Shown: piece by piece, positions 30,404 through 39,406 of the stretch
Layout: each line of letters starts with the position of its first letter
Numbering within the stretch: the first letter of the stretch is position 1
Virus record (IMG/VR): IMGVR_UViG_3300036828_000142
Location: 1 to 64,000 of that record
Strand: one strand, 5' to 3'
DNA: 64,000 bases
Source of the DNA: a virus
Made by a program: the position numbers and the translations under genes
The notes under the pieces: model-generated
What the model saw: the letters and a program-made list of their open reading frames with translations, nothing else
Databases searched by the model: none
What the model was told of the DNA's origin: nothing

Positions 30404-31960
30404 ATGACCCCCACACTCAAGACCGTTTACGAGCGCCAGCAGGACGCCGCCGAAGCGCAGCGCCAAGTGTCCGCTCTCTACGAAGACATCTACTGGAGCC
30501 TGGAGCCCAAGGCACGCGCGAGCGCCAACCTCCACGAGCACCCCGACGTGCTCATGGCGCAGGCCGCTGCTGAGAAGCTGGCCGTCGAGGTTGCGCACCT
30601 GCGCGACCTCGTGGGTGGGCGCGTGTTCCGCGTCGTTGACTCGAAGCTGAGCGCGCTGAACGAGCGGATCGCCAAGCTGAACAAGAAAGCCGTCAAGCTC
30701 GGGACCGACCCGATCCTGCTGACCGCCAGCTACGAGAAGGACCAGATCAAGCGCATGGTCATCACCAACCCCGAGAGCTACCAGGCGGTTGGGTTCATGG
30801 ACGGCATCAACGGCCACGACGAGGTCATCGACTTCACGTACGTCACCGTTGACGGACCCACGCCGATGCTCCCCGGATTCGTGTTCATCGCGACCCTCGA
30901 TCACGACACCGACGACGACGAAAACGTCGGCATCCGCCGCGCGCCAGTCGGCACCGGACTGATCAACCACATCGGCGAGGAAGCCGCCAAGGCCGTCGAA
31001 GCAGCCGACCTGACCGCCTACCGGCACGCCGACCCCGACTGCGACCACTGCAAGCTGGACCGCAAGCGCAAGCAGACGTACGTGCTGTTCGAGGTCGCGA
31101 CCGGCGAACTGCGGCAGATCGGCACCAACTGCGTCAAGGACTACATCCCCGGCGCGAACAACCCCGAGCGCGTCGCAGCGTGGGCAGAGTGGCTCCACGG
31201 CCTGTACGCCGACCTCGGCTTCGAGAGCGGCGACGACGGGTTCGGCGACATCGGCGTCGGCGGTGGACGGATCGCGATTCCCACGCAGAGCTACCTGAAC
31301 AACGTCGCGGCGGTCATCCGCGAGATCGGGTGGACACCCCGGTGGAACAAAGACGGCTACGGCGACTTCGCCCGCAACTACGGCGCGACCGCTGACCGCG
31401 CGAAGGACAACTACCTGGAGCGCAACGCGAAGCTGCGGATCGAGGTGATCTCCGCTGATGTTGAGCTTGCGACCGTGGCGCTGACATGGGTCCGGGACGA
31501 CCTCGCTGAGCGCGACGAACTGAACGAGTTCGAGCACAACCTCACGACGTACGCCAAGAGCGACTATCTGCCCGAGAAGGGCGACGGGTTCATCGCGTCG
31601 ATCATCGGCGCGTACCAGCGCGAACTGGCTCGCAAGCTGGAGGCCGAGCAGGCCGCGAACTCCGAGTGGATCGGCCAGGTCGGAGATCGGATCAAGGGAC
31701 TGAGGTTCACCGTCACGTTCGTCCGGGGCTTCGAGGGTCAGTACGGCACCCGCTGGATGACCAAGGGCTACGACGCGGACGGCAACGGTCTGATCTGGTG
31801 GGGTGCCGGTGGAATGGACCAGGGCGTCACGTACACGTGCTCCGCGACGGTCAAGGCGCACGAGATGGACAAGTTCAATGGCGGCGGGAAGGTCACGCAG
31901 GTCACGAACCTGCGCTCGATCACCCCGGTTGAGGCAGACCCGGCGCAACAGACCCTCTGA
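30404..31960 (+). CDS. Conserved phage protein with zinc-binding motif and C-terminal OB-fold-like domain
   Basis: CDHC...R.R.TYV......QIGTNCVKDY; SEWIGQVGDRI...GQYG...ATVKAH. Confidence 0.75.
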   Translation: MTPTLKTVYERQQDAAEAQRQVSALYEDIYWSLEPKARASANLHEHPDVLMAQAAAEKLAVEVAHLRDLVGGRVFRVVDSKLSALNERIAKLNKKAVKLGTDPILLTASYEKDQIKRMVITNPESYQAVGFMDGINGHDEVIDFTYVTVDGPTPMLPGFVFIATLDHDTDDDENVGIRRAPVGTGLINHIGEEAAKAVEAADLTAYRHADPDCDHCKLDRKRKQTYVLFEVATGELRQIGTNCVKDYIPGANNPERVAAWAEWLHGLYADLGFESGDDGFGDIGVGGGRIAIPTQSYLNNVAAVIREIGWTPRWNKDGYGDFARNYGATADRAKDNYLERNAKLRIEVISADVELATVALTWVRDDLAERDELNEFEHNLTTYAKSDYLPEKGDGFIASIIGAYQRELARKLEAEQAANSEWIGQVGDRIKGLRFTVTFVRGFEGQYGTRWMTKGYDADGNGLIWWGAGGMDQGVTYTCSATVKAHEMDKFNGGGKVTQVTNLRSITPVEADPAQQTL

Positions 31961-31991
31961 CGCGCCCGCAGCCTCCCTACGGGCACGCGGC

Positions 31992-32031
31992 TCCCCAGGC
32001 TGGCACCTACTACCTGTTGCCTTCCTGGGGA
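31992..32031 (+). terminator. Hairpin terminator
   Basis: TCCCCAGG...CCTGGGGA. Confidence 0.55.
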
Positions 32032-32061
32032 CGCCTGCGCAGCGCGTAAGCTGAAGCGGCC

Positions 32062-32316
32062 ATGAGCGTGCTCCAGTCAGATCCATCCCAGGTCTGGCTG
32101 GAGCTTCCGCTGTACGTGGACATGGAGAACCCTCGCTTGTACGTGGACCTCGCGCCGACCGCGAACCCAGCCGCAGCGCAGCCTCCCGCCGGACCGACCG
32201 GACCCACAGGACCGACCGGACCTACTGGCCCTGCCCCAGACCCAGCCGGGCAGTGGGTGTGGAGCATGACGAACCTCTCCTGGGAGCCGTACCCCTACGA
32301 TCCATCTGGGAACTAG
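32062..32316 (+). CDS. Small protein with GPT collagen repeat
   Basis: (GPT)4 repeat. Confidence 0.65.
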   Translation: MSVLQSDPSQVWLELPLYVDMENPRLYVDLAPTANPAAAQPPAGPTGPTGPTGPTGPAPDPAGQWVWSMTNLSWEPYPYDPSGN

Positions 32317-32343
32317 CGGGCAACCACGCCTTAGCATCCGGGC

Positions 32344-33045
32344 ATGGCCGTCAGCCTAACCGGCCCGTGGCTTATGAAGCGCGGCGCGCTCACACCGGCC
32401 TACCGGGGAACGTTGCGGAACGCTGACGGGTCGCCCATCGACCTCTCCGGCGTCGATCACGTGGACTTCGTGATGCGCGAGCGGCGCACGTTGACCCCGG
32501 TCGTGGAGGCGCAGGCCAGCGTGTTGCAGGAGGGCGACGCGGTGACCGGCACGGACGTGGGGCTCTGCGAGTACGACTGGTCGCTGGGCGACACCGACTC
32601 CTCCGGGGTCTTCAACGCCGAGTTCGCGCTCTACGACGCCAACGGCAACGTGATCGCCAGAGTCCCGAGCGACGGCTACCAGGAGATCCAGATACTCGGC
32701 AACCTGTCCGCCGCTCCGGTCCCGGACACCAATCTGCCGGTCACGTTCGACTTCCACATCTACTACGGCGACGTGTGGAGTCAGGCGTACCGCCTGCTTC
32801 AGCAGGGCATCCCGGTCGATCTGACGGGCTCGACGGTCGCCTCGTCCGTGGTCGATGCGCAGGAGGTCGTGACGCCGCTAACAGTCACGATCCTCGACGC
32901 CACCGACGGCCAGCTCCAAATCTCCGCGCTACCGGGCGCGCTCGCGGTCGGTAGCTACGACTACGACATCCAGGTGACGGACGCCACCGGACCCATCACC
33001 TGGATCAAGGGCCAGCTCGTGGTCGATCCGGATGTAACCCCATGA
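32344..33045 (+). CDS. BppU-like tandem Ig-fold virion protein
   Basis: IDLSG..V.F.M....G...YDW..GDT..G.F.AEF...P.DGY; second repeat VDLTG...YDYDIQV. Confidence 0.75.
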   Translation: MAVSLTGPWLMKRGALTPAYRGTLRNADGSPIDLSGVDHVDFVMRERRTLTPVVEAQASVLQEGDAVTGTDVGLCEYDWSLGDTDSSGVFNAEFALYDANGNVIARVPSDGYQEIQILGNLSAAPVPDTNLPVTFDFHIYYGDVWSQAYRLLQQGIPVDLTGSTVASSVVDAQEVVTPLTVTILDATDGQLQISALPGALAVGSYDYDIQVTDATGPITWIKGQLVVDPDVTP

Positions 33046-33608
33046 GCACCGGCAGCGTCCAGGTGATCGGCTCCGACGCGACCGTCGAGGTCACCCCGGC
33101 CGTGCGCGCGGAGGTCGAGATCGTCAAGTCCGCCGGTCCGCAGGGTCCGCCCGGCCCGACCGGCCCGACCGGACCGCAGGGCTTCGCCGGACCGACGGGA
33201 CCGGCTGGACCAACTGGACCTGGAGCAGAGTTCGGACCGTGGGTGCCGCTGACGCTTGCTAACGGGTGGGCCATTCAGCCCAATGTAGGCGGCGGCATCG
33301 CTCCCGCCTATCGCTTAGAACCGGGCGGCGTTGTCCGACTGAAGGGGAGCCTCGACCCGAGCAAGTCAACCAGCCAGGAGTTCGTTGTCGATCTACCTCT
33401 CACGGCCGTTCCAAAGGCTCCGAGCAGCCCGTTCCAGACCTGCATGGCACTGGACGCAGCCGGAACAACCATGATGCTCGCGATGGTCAACCCTTACGAC
33501 AACGGTGATGGCACGGGACACATCTGGTTGGGGCACGTTGATCAGTCGCCTCTGACCGACATGATGTGGGTGGGGTTGGATGGCATAGCCCCCTGGGTTT
33601 CTGCGTGA
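33042..33608 (+). CDS. Collagen-containing minor tail/fibre protein
   Basis: Gly-X-Y run then W..LTLANGW...YR....VRLKG domain, also present in ORF 53635. Confidence 0.75.
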   Translation: MSTGSVQVIGSDATVEVTPAVRAEVEIVKSAGPQGPPGPTGPTGPQGFAGPTGPAGPTGPGAEFGPWVPLTLANGWAIQPNVGGGIAPAYRLEPGGVVRLKGSLDPSKSTSQEFVVDLPLTAVPKAPSSPFQTCMALDAAGTTMMLAMVNPYDNGDGTGHIWLGHVDQSPLTDMMWVGLDGIAPWVSA

Positions 33609-33625
33609 GCACGCAGGTCGCGATC

Positions 33626-33644
33626 TAGCGCATAGCGTGTGCTA
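33626..33644. promoter_or_regulatory. Operator palindrome plus -10 TAGGTT
   Basis: TAGCGC-ATAGCGT-GTGCTA. Confidence 0.75.
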
Positions 33645-33693
33645 GGTTGTTGGTGCGCACGACATTGGTGCGACATCGACCGAGGAGATTCAG

Positions 33694-33918
33694 ATGACCG
33701 ACGAGAACTGCACCTGGCTGATCGAGGTCGCGTCCGGCAACCCCGAGCCCGACTTCCCCGAGGACCTATACCGCACCGTCGAGTGCGGCGGCAAGTTGAC
33801 CTTCAACGAGTACGGCTCCTGGACCTGCGAGTACGGCCACGAACACGTCAGCTACGACGACCCGGCACGCGACGCTTACGAGGCCGAGCAGGTCTTTCGG
33901 GAGCGCCAAGAGGGCTGA
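33694..33918 (+). CDS. Small acidic hypothetical protein
   Basis: GACCGAGGAG RBS. Confidence 0.7.
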   Translation: MTDENCTWLIEVASGNPEPDFPEDLYRTVECGGKLTFNEYGSWTCEYGHEHVSYDDPARDAYEAEQVFRERQEG

Positions 33919-33920
33919 GC

Positions 33921-33939
33921 TAGCGCACGATTGGTGCTA
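33921..33939. promoter_or_regulatory. Operator palindrome plus -10 TAAACT
   Basis: TAGCGC-ACGATTG-GTGCTA. Confidence 0.75.
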
Positions 33940-33974
33940 AACTGTAAGGCGTGACCACGACCGAGGAGCACGCA

Positions 33975-34301
33975 ATGAGCTTTGACGAGTACGACCCCCG
34001 CGACGGCGACGATGTCTACGACGCCTGGGTCGAAGCGCAGCACGAGAAGTGGGCGGACACCGCCACCGAGTGCGGCAACTGCGGCGAGCTTTGGCAGGCG
34101 GGCGAGCACCGCGCGACCAGGATCGACCCCGGCTACTACGAGCAGCCGACCTGCCCGCGCTGCGGCGAGTGGAGCATCGGCGACCCGGAGAAGGAAGACG
34201 ACGAGTCGGACGACGAGCCGGTCCCAGCCGACACTGGGTGGATCAAAGACCTGTTCGCTGAGCAGTTCCCCGCCGACCCGTCCGAGGAGAAGCCGTTCTG
34301 A
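33975..34301 (+). CDS. Acidic zinc-ribbon protein
   Basis: CGNCG...CPRCG; GACCGAGGAG RBS. Confidence 0.7.
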   Translation: MSFDEYDPRDGDDVYDAWVEAQHEKWADTATECGNCGELWQAGEHRATRIDPGYYEQPTCPRCGEWSIGDPEKEDDESDDEPVPADTGWIKDLFAEQFPADPSEEKPF

Positions 34302-34621
34302 TGGGCTACGACATCGTCACTCTCGAAGATTGCGCGTCGTGCTTCGGCGTCTACGACGTTGAGGGCTCGAAGGGCGACACGTACGTTGTCCAGTTCCACG
34401 GCGAGACGGGCGTGCACTGCACCTGCCCCGGCTTCAAGTACCGCCAGGACTGCAAGCACGTCAGCTACGTCTACAAGACCGCGTGCATGCAAAACCCCCA
34501 GTACAACAGCGGCAAGCCTGACCCGGCGATCCGCCCACGCGACTACACGTACGACGCCTTCTCGAAGACGCCGTGCCCCGCGTGCGGCGGACCGACGGTC
34601 TACGTCCGGCGAGCCGTCTGA
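34301..34621 (+). CDS. SWIM zinc-finger protein
   Basis: VEGSKGDTYVV...CTCPGFKYRQDCKHV. Confidence 0.8.
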   Translation: MGYDIVTLEDCASCFGVYDVEGSKGDTYVVQFHGETGVHCTCPGFKYRQDCKHVSYVYKTACMQNPQYNSGKPDPAIRPRDYTYDAFSKTPCPACGGPTVYVRRAV

Positions 34622-34622
34622 C

Positions 34623-34841
34623 TTAGGCGACGCGCCCGTTGGTGATCTGCGTGATCACCTGTTCGAGCACCTCGGCCTGGGTGAACGGCTTCGCGTCGCT
34701 CGGCCAGTTGCTCCAGCGTTGCGCCGAGGATGAGCGCTTGAACCGACGCCACACGCCGGGCTCGGTCCGCTCGTAGAGCACTTCGGTCGTGCCCTGGGTG
34801 GGGTGTCGAACGCTGATCGACACGTCTGCCTCGTAAGCCAT
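34623..34841 (-). CDS. Hypothetical protein (MAYEADVSISVRH...)
   Basis: AAGGAG RBS and TGCTAGCCT -10 on the minus strand. Confidence 0.65.
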   Translation of the reverse strand: MAYEADVSISVRHPTQGTTEVLYERTEPGVWRRFKRSSSAQRWSNWPSDAKPFTQAEVLEQVITQITNGRVA

Positions 34842-34922
34842 GTGGGCTCCTTGGTAGTTGGGGTGCCTCGACCCGTTGGGTCTGGGCTGGATCGGTGAGG
34901 CTAGCAGTAGAGTCGCCGGTCG

Positions 34923-35126
34923 GTGGTGACCGACACGCCGTTCTACATCCTGCTCACGGTCGTCGTCTACAACGCGCTTGTGTTCGGGGGTGGGTGGTAC
35001 GGCGAAAAGCTGCTCTACCGCCACCGGCACCGCATCGCTCGCACGGTGCTCCAGGAGTCGCGGCTGCCGTGGCGCTGGCGTGAACGGATCGTCGGCGCGC
35101 TCTACTGGCTGTACCCGCAGCACTAA
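34923..35126 (+). CDS. Small membrane protein
   Basis: Hydrophobic N-terminal helix. Confidence 0.5.
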   Translation: MVTDTPFYILLTVVVYNALVFGGGWYGEKLLYRHRHRIARTVLQESRLPWRWRERIVGALYWLYPQH

Positions 35127-35133
35127 AGCGCCA

Positions 35134-35173
35134 AATCCGTCTGTGGCAGCGCAGAAAACGGGTCTTAGTATCG
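35134..35173 (+). promoter_or_regulatory. Putative late promoter (AATCCGTCTG-N20-CTTAGTATCG)
   Basis: Same boxes and spacing recur at 41549-41588. Confidence 0.6.
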
Positions 35174-35178
35174 CGTCA

Positions 35179-36666
35179 ATGAGCGCTCTCGCTGAAAACA
35201 CAGAGATCCCTGCTGACGTAACCGTCCTGCGAGAGAGCATGTACGCGCTCTCGCGCGACACGGTGGAGTTTCCCGAGGAGCTGGCTGAGCAGCGTGTCGA
35301 GCGGCTCGTGAGCCGTGGGCTGAGCCTGGAGGAAGCGACCTCCGCCGAGGCGGACGAGCGCTCCAAGCTCGTGCCGCTACACATCCTGCGCCCGTGCCTC
35401 GGCAAGGGCCGTGGCCGTCACGTCTACGAAGCGGACATGCTCCAGGAGAACGCGCACAAGTTCTCCGGCTGGCGGCAGTACATCGACCACCTCTCCCCCG
35501 AAGCGCGCAAAGCTGCGAAGGGGCTGCCGCGCTCGATTCGTGACCTTGGCGGCAGGATCGTGGAGAGCTACTGGGACCCGGCTGTTCCGCCTGACGAGTC
35601 CAAGGGGTTCGGGCAAGGCGCTGTCGTTGGGTGGTCGCTCCCGACACCGTTCATCCGCGAGCTTGCTGGAAACGACCCCGAGCTGGTTGAAGCGTCGATC
35701 TCCGCGAACGCCACCGGCGTGCAGCCCACGATGCGCGACGGACGCCGGGCGTGGCTGGTCGAAGGGATCGAGGATCACGGAAGCGTTGACTGGGTGACCG
35801 AAGCCGGTGCTGGTGGCCGCGTCGTCCAACTGATGGAGGCTGCCTACAAGGAGGACGGGATGAGTTTGCTGGAGTCCATGACCGACGAGGAGTTCGTCGC
35901 CTACGTCGAAGAAGTTCGCCCGCACCTGCTGGCAGAGCAGACCGACGCTGCCGACGAGGCCGAGGACGCCGCCGACAGCGGCGACGACGAGCTTGCGGAG
36001 ATGGTCGCGAAGCTGAAGAAGCGCAACCCGAAGCTCTCGGACAAGCAAGCGAACGCGCTGGCCAAGCAGGCGCTCAGCAAGGAGTCCAGCGCCAGCAGCA
36101 CACAGGAAGCCAACACAGAGGAGACGGATATGGGTGTCACCCCAGAGGCGCTCCAGGAAGCTCTCCACAGTGAGGACTTCCAGGGGTCGCTGAAGACGCT
36201 GGTCGAGGCCGCAATCGCCGACGAGCGCGAGCTGATCCGGGCTGAGGCGCGTGCCGACGCTGACCGCCAGCTTGCGTTGCGTGACATGCGCGACGCGGCG
36301 CACCGGCAGATCGCCGAGGCGAAGCTCCCGGAGGCGTTCGCGAAGGGCACTCGGTCGCTGTACGAGATCACCGACGACGGGCCGACTCCGGCGCTCGACA
36401 TCGTGGACGACGTGGACGACGACGGCAAGGTGACCAAGAAGGCAGCGGAGAAGCTCACCGAGTCCGTCGCCACCGCAATCGGCGAGCAGCACGATTTGCT
36501 GGCGGCAGCGAACCCGACGAAGGTGCGCGGCCAGGGCGTCGGCGCTCCCGCGAAGCGCAGCGAGGGCGAAGGTGGCGACGAGCCGCCCAAGCCGGGTGAG
36601 GGCACGCTTTACGGCGCTGTCCTCCAGGAAGCAGGAGTCGATCCCGCGACGGCGTGGGACGACTGA
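35179..36666 (+). CDS. Prohead protease/scaffold protein
   Basis: GRGRHVY, YIDH, RSIRDLGG, SISA, SVDWVTEAGAGG protease-like N-domain; acidic helical scaffold C-terminus; precedes capsid genes. Confidence 0.85.
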   Translation: MSALAENTEIPADVTVLRESMYALSRDTVEFPEELAEQRVERLVSRGLSLEEATSAEADERSKLVPLHILRPCLGKGRGRHVYEADMLQENAHKFSGWRQYIDHLSPEARKAAKGLPRSIRDLGGRIVESYWDPAVPPDESKGFGQGAVVGWSLPTPFIRELAGNDPELVEASISANATGVQPTMRDGRRAWLVEGIEDHGSVDWVTEAGAGGRVVQLMEAAYKEDGMSLLESMTDEEFVAYVEEVRPHLLAEQTDAADEAEDAADSGDDELAEMVAKLKKRNPKLSDKQANALAKQALSKESSASSTQEANTEETDMGVTPEALQEALHSEDFQGSLKTLVEAAIADERELIRAEARADADRQLALRDMRDAAHRQIAEAKLPEAFAKGTRSLYEITDDGPTPALDIVDDVDDDGKVTKKAAEKLTESVATAIGEQHDLLAAANPTKVRGQGVGAPAKRSEGEGGDEPPKPGEGTLYGAVLQEAGVDPATAWDD

Positions 36667-36698
36667 GGCCAACCGGGTAACGGAAAGGAGCACACGAC

Positions 36699-37076
36699 AT
36701 GCCGTATAACCGCCCAGGCCCAGGCGTCTACGTCACCAACGGTGCCACGGCGATCACGCACGGATTGCCGTGCACGGTCGCGAACTTCGTTGGCGTTGCG
36801 GTCAAGCAGCAAGCACAGCCGTGGACAGCGGGATTCCAGTCCCCGGCGATGATCCAGCCGAACGAGCCGTTCTACATGATCACGAAGGGCGTCGTTCAGG
36901 TGCCGTCAACCGGGCTGACGACCCCCACGAAGGGCGAGGCGGTGTACGTCAACCCCGACGGCAGCCTCGCTGCGACCGGCACGGTCAAGTTCGGCCGCAT
37001 CACGGAGGTCGGCGGAAACCGTGGCACTCCGCCAAACAGCGTCCGGATCGACCTCGACGCAAAGGACTCGTTCTAA
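36699..37076 (+). CDS. Capsid decoration/cement protein (DUF2190-like)
   Basis: GVAV..TKGV..V....GEAVY; lies between scaffold and MCP. Confidence 0.7.
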   Translation: MPYNRPGPGVYVTNGATAITHGLPCTVANFVGVAVKQQAQPWTAGFQSPAMIQPNEPFYMITKGVVQVPSTGLTTPTKGEAVYVNPDGSLAATGTVKFGRITEVGGNRGTPPNSVRIDLDAKDSF

Positions 37077-37182
37077 GAGCTGAGCAGGACTTCTCGACCC
37101 TCCCAGGTTGCCCCCCCTGAGGATGTGGCTGACGCCGACAGGCGCTTAGTGGGCTCGGATTGGCCATGAACAAGGAGCAAAG

Positions 37183-38238
37183 ATGAACGGCAACCCATAC
37201 GGTGAGTTCGGCAGGCCGATCCGCCTGCTGGAGGCGTACAAGGAGTGGCGCGACGAGCGGATCTTGCAGGAGGCGGACTCGAAGGCTGACTTCGCGTCGT
37301 TCCTGTTCGGGCCGGTACGCCAGTCGATGTGGACTGGCTACAGCCGCGCGCAGGCGCAGTACCAGCGGTACACCCGGCAAGAGAACGCCCCCGACTTCCG
37401 CCAGCGGCGGCTGCGCGGCCTGAACGGCCTGCTCGGGATCGGGTACGTGGGTGACCACGGCAACTACCCAGGGATGAAGCGCACCGAGCGCCCACCGGCC
37501 ACCCTGTCGGTGGACACGTACGGCGGCGTCTACCAGATCACCCGCCAGGCAATCATCAACGACGACTCGAACGAGCTGCTGAACCGCAACCCGGCCGACA
37601 TGGGCTACGCCGCCGGGGTGTTCATTCTCCAGACCGTGATCGCGATGATCGAGAACCCCGGCAACGCGCCGGACGGCCAGCCGTTCTACTCAACGACCCG
37701 TGGCAACCAGGTCGTCACCCCGCTCGCGGAAGACTCGCTCGCGGACGCGCTCGCGTTCATGGAAGGCCAGATTGACGACGACGGCAACCAGATTGTCGTC
37801 ACCCCGTCGGTGCTGGTCGTCAAGAACGCGCGGATGCAGATGATCGCCCAGCGCATCCTGAACTCCACCCAGACCGGCACGAACGTCCAATGGGCGGGAG
37901 CGCCCGGCGTGGGCTCGGCAGTGATGGACAAGGGCACGATCAACCCGCTCGCGGGCATCCTCCCGGCCGACGGGGTGCTGCGTGACCCGTGGTTCCACGA
38001 CGCCAATGACTGGTATCTGTTCGCTGACCCGAACGATGTGCCAGGGTTCGCTGTGGGCTTCCTGAACGGTCAGGCAGAGCCTCAGGTGATGTTGCGCGAT
38101 CCGATGGTCAGGATGGCGCTCGGTTCAGGAACCGACCCTTACCAGTTCGAGCTGGATTCGGTGGACTTCAAGGTCCGGTCGGACTATGGCGTCGGGGTGA
38201 TCGACCCGCGCGGCGCGTACCGCTCAATCGTTCCCTAA
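37183..38238 (+). CDS. Major capsid protein (Mu gpT-like)
   Basis: TYGGVYQITRQAIINDD; WYLFADP..VGFLNGQ.EP; FKVRSDYG...DPRG. Confidence 0.92.
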   Translation: MNGNPYGEFGRPIRLLEAYKEWRDERILQEADSKADFASFLFGPVRQSMWTGYSRAQAQYQRYTRQENAPDFRQRRLRGLNGLLGIGYVGDHGNYPGMKRTERPPATLSVDTYGGVYQITRQAIINDDSNELLNRNPADMGYAAGVFILQTVIAMIENPGNAPDGQPFYSTTRGNQVVTPLAEDSLADALAFMEGQIDDDGNQIVVTPSVLVVKNARMQMIAQRILNSTQTGTNVQWAGAPGVGSAVMDKGTINPLAGILPADGVLRDPWFHDANDWYLFADPNDVPGFAVGFLNGQAEPQVMLRDPMVRMALGSGTDPYQFELDSVDFKVRSDYGVGVIDPRGAYRSIVP

Positions 38239-38249
38239 GCGCACGCAAC

Positions 38250-38355
38250 GGATACCGGCTGGAGTGCCCTAGCAGGCGGCGAGCTGCCGCTTGCAGGGCA
38301 CGATGGCTCGTTTGTGATCTTGGCATCGGCCGAGGGTAGCCTTCAGGCGGTATCC
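38250..38355 (+). other. Multi-branched RNA structure downstream of the MCP gene
   Basis: GGATACCG...CGGTATCC closing stem enclosing a GTGCCCT...AGGGCAC hairpin. Confidence 0.5.
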
Positions 38356-38372
38356 CCGAAATGGAGGCGGCA

Positions 38373-38813
38373 ATGAGTCCCAGAGGGTCAGACGCAGAAG
38401 CAGCGGGTCAGGAGCTTGAGGCCCGCACCGGATTCGCGCCGAACGCGGAGCAGATGATCGCGGACAACCAGGAGCGCTTCACCCAGGAGCTTCGCGCTGC
38501 GAGCAACCGGCCGCTGAACCAGGAAGCGACCGACGAGATGGACGAGGACGAGGCGCAAAGCTACCTCGATGACGCGGAGGCGACGGTCCTTGACTACGCC
38601 GTTCGTGGCCCGTTCGTGGTCGTCGTGTCCGAGGACGAGGACGGCGAGATCCACAAGACCGCTCACGTGGTGAAGGGCAAGGAGAAGGCTGCCGAGCGCC
38701 TGACCCGCACAGCGGGCCGGGGGCAGGACGAGACGGACGAGGAAGCCGAGAAGACGACCTCGCGCAGCTCGTCGCGGCGCACCACCGCAGCGGCTTCTTC
38801 CAGCAGCGAGTAG
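38373..38813 (+). CDS. Acidic hypothetical virion-module protein
   Basis: GGAGG RBS; position after MCP. Confidence 0.7.
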   Translation: MSPRGSDAEAAGQELEARTGFAPNAEQMIADNQERFTQELRAASNRPLNQEATDEMDEDEAQSYLDDAEATVLDYAVRGPFVVVVSEDEDGEIHKTAHVVKGKEKAAERLTRTAGRGQDETDEEAEKTTSRSSSRRTTAAASSSSE

Positions 38814-38819
38814 GTCCTG

Positions 38820-39404
38820 TTGGGCGTCATAGCGCCTCCCTCGATGCTGCCGCCCACGGTGGCGGACATCACGTCGTGGAGCCGGGTGAACTTCGCCGGG
38901 CTCGACAACCCGTACAGCGACGTTGACGTGGCGCGGATGATCGCTCGTGCGTGCGGCTACCTCCAGGCGATCACGGGACGGCCGATTGACGACACGATGC
39001 CGCCGAACCTGGTGACCATCGCCCAGGACGCGGTGCAGCTCCGGGTCGAGCAGGAAGCGATGCAGTCCCAAGAGGACTACGTGGACACGCTCAACGACGA
39101 CGCGATCCAGAGCTTCACCGCAGGCAACTACTCCGAGACGCGCAAGGAGCCCGGCCGTCTGCGCTACACGGGCGCGACGACCGGCATCCCGGACATCAAC
39201 CCGAACGCCGCGCTGAACATGGACATGTGGCTGCTGATGACGCCCGACATGCAGGAATACTGGCGCTACGTCATCCAGGGCACCGGCGCTGTCGCGTTCG
39301 AGGTCACCGAGGCGGACTGGGCGAACTACGACGGGCTGTACCCGTACAGCTTCGGGGTCGGCATGGCCAGAGGAGCCTATGACGCGAACACCTGGGGCGC
39401 GTAG
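38820..39404 (+). CDS. Head-tail adaptor
   Basis: Position; IARA..YL..ITGR...IQSFTAGNYSET. Confidence 0.7.
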   Translation: MGVIAPPSMLPPTVADITSWSRVNFAGLDNPYSDVDVARMIARACGYLQAITGRPIDDTMPPNLVTIAQDAVQLRVEQEAMQSQEDYVDTLNDDAIQSFTAGNYSETRKEPGRLRYTGATTGIPDINPNAALNMDMWLLMTPDMQEYWRYVIQGTGAVAFEVTEADWANYDGLYPYSFGVGMARGAYDANTWGA

Positions 39405-39406
39405 CT

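Noticed and set aside
37077-37182. Structured RNA or late promoter before the MCP gene
   Set aside because: Only weak pairings and a partial CTTAGT box without the upstream AATCCGT element
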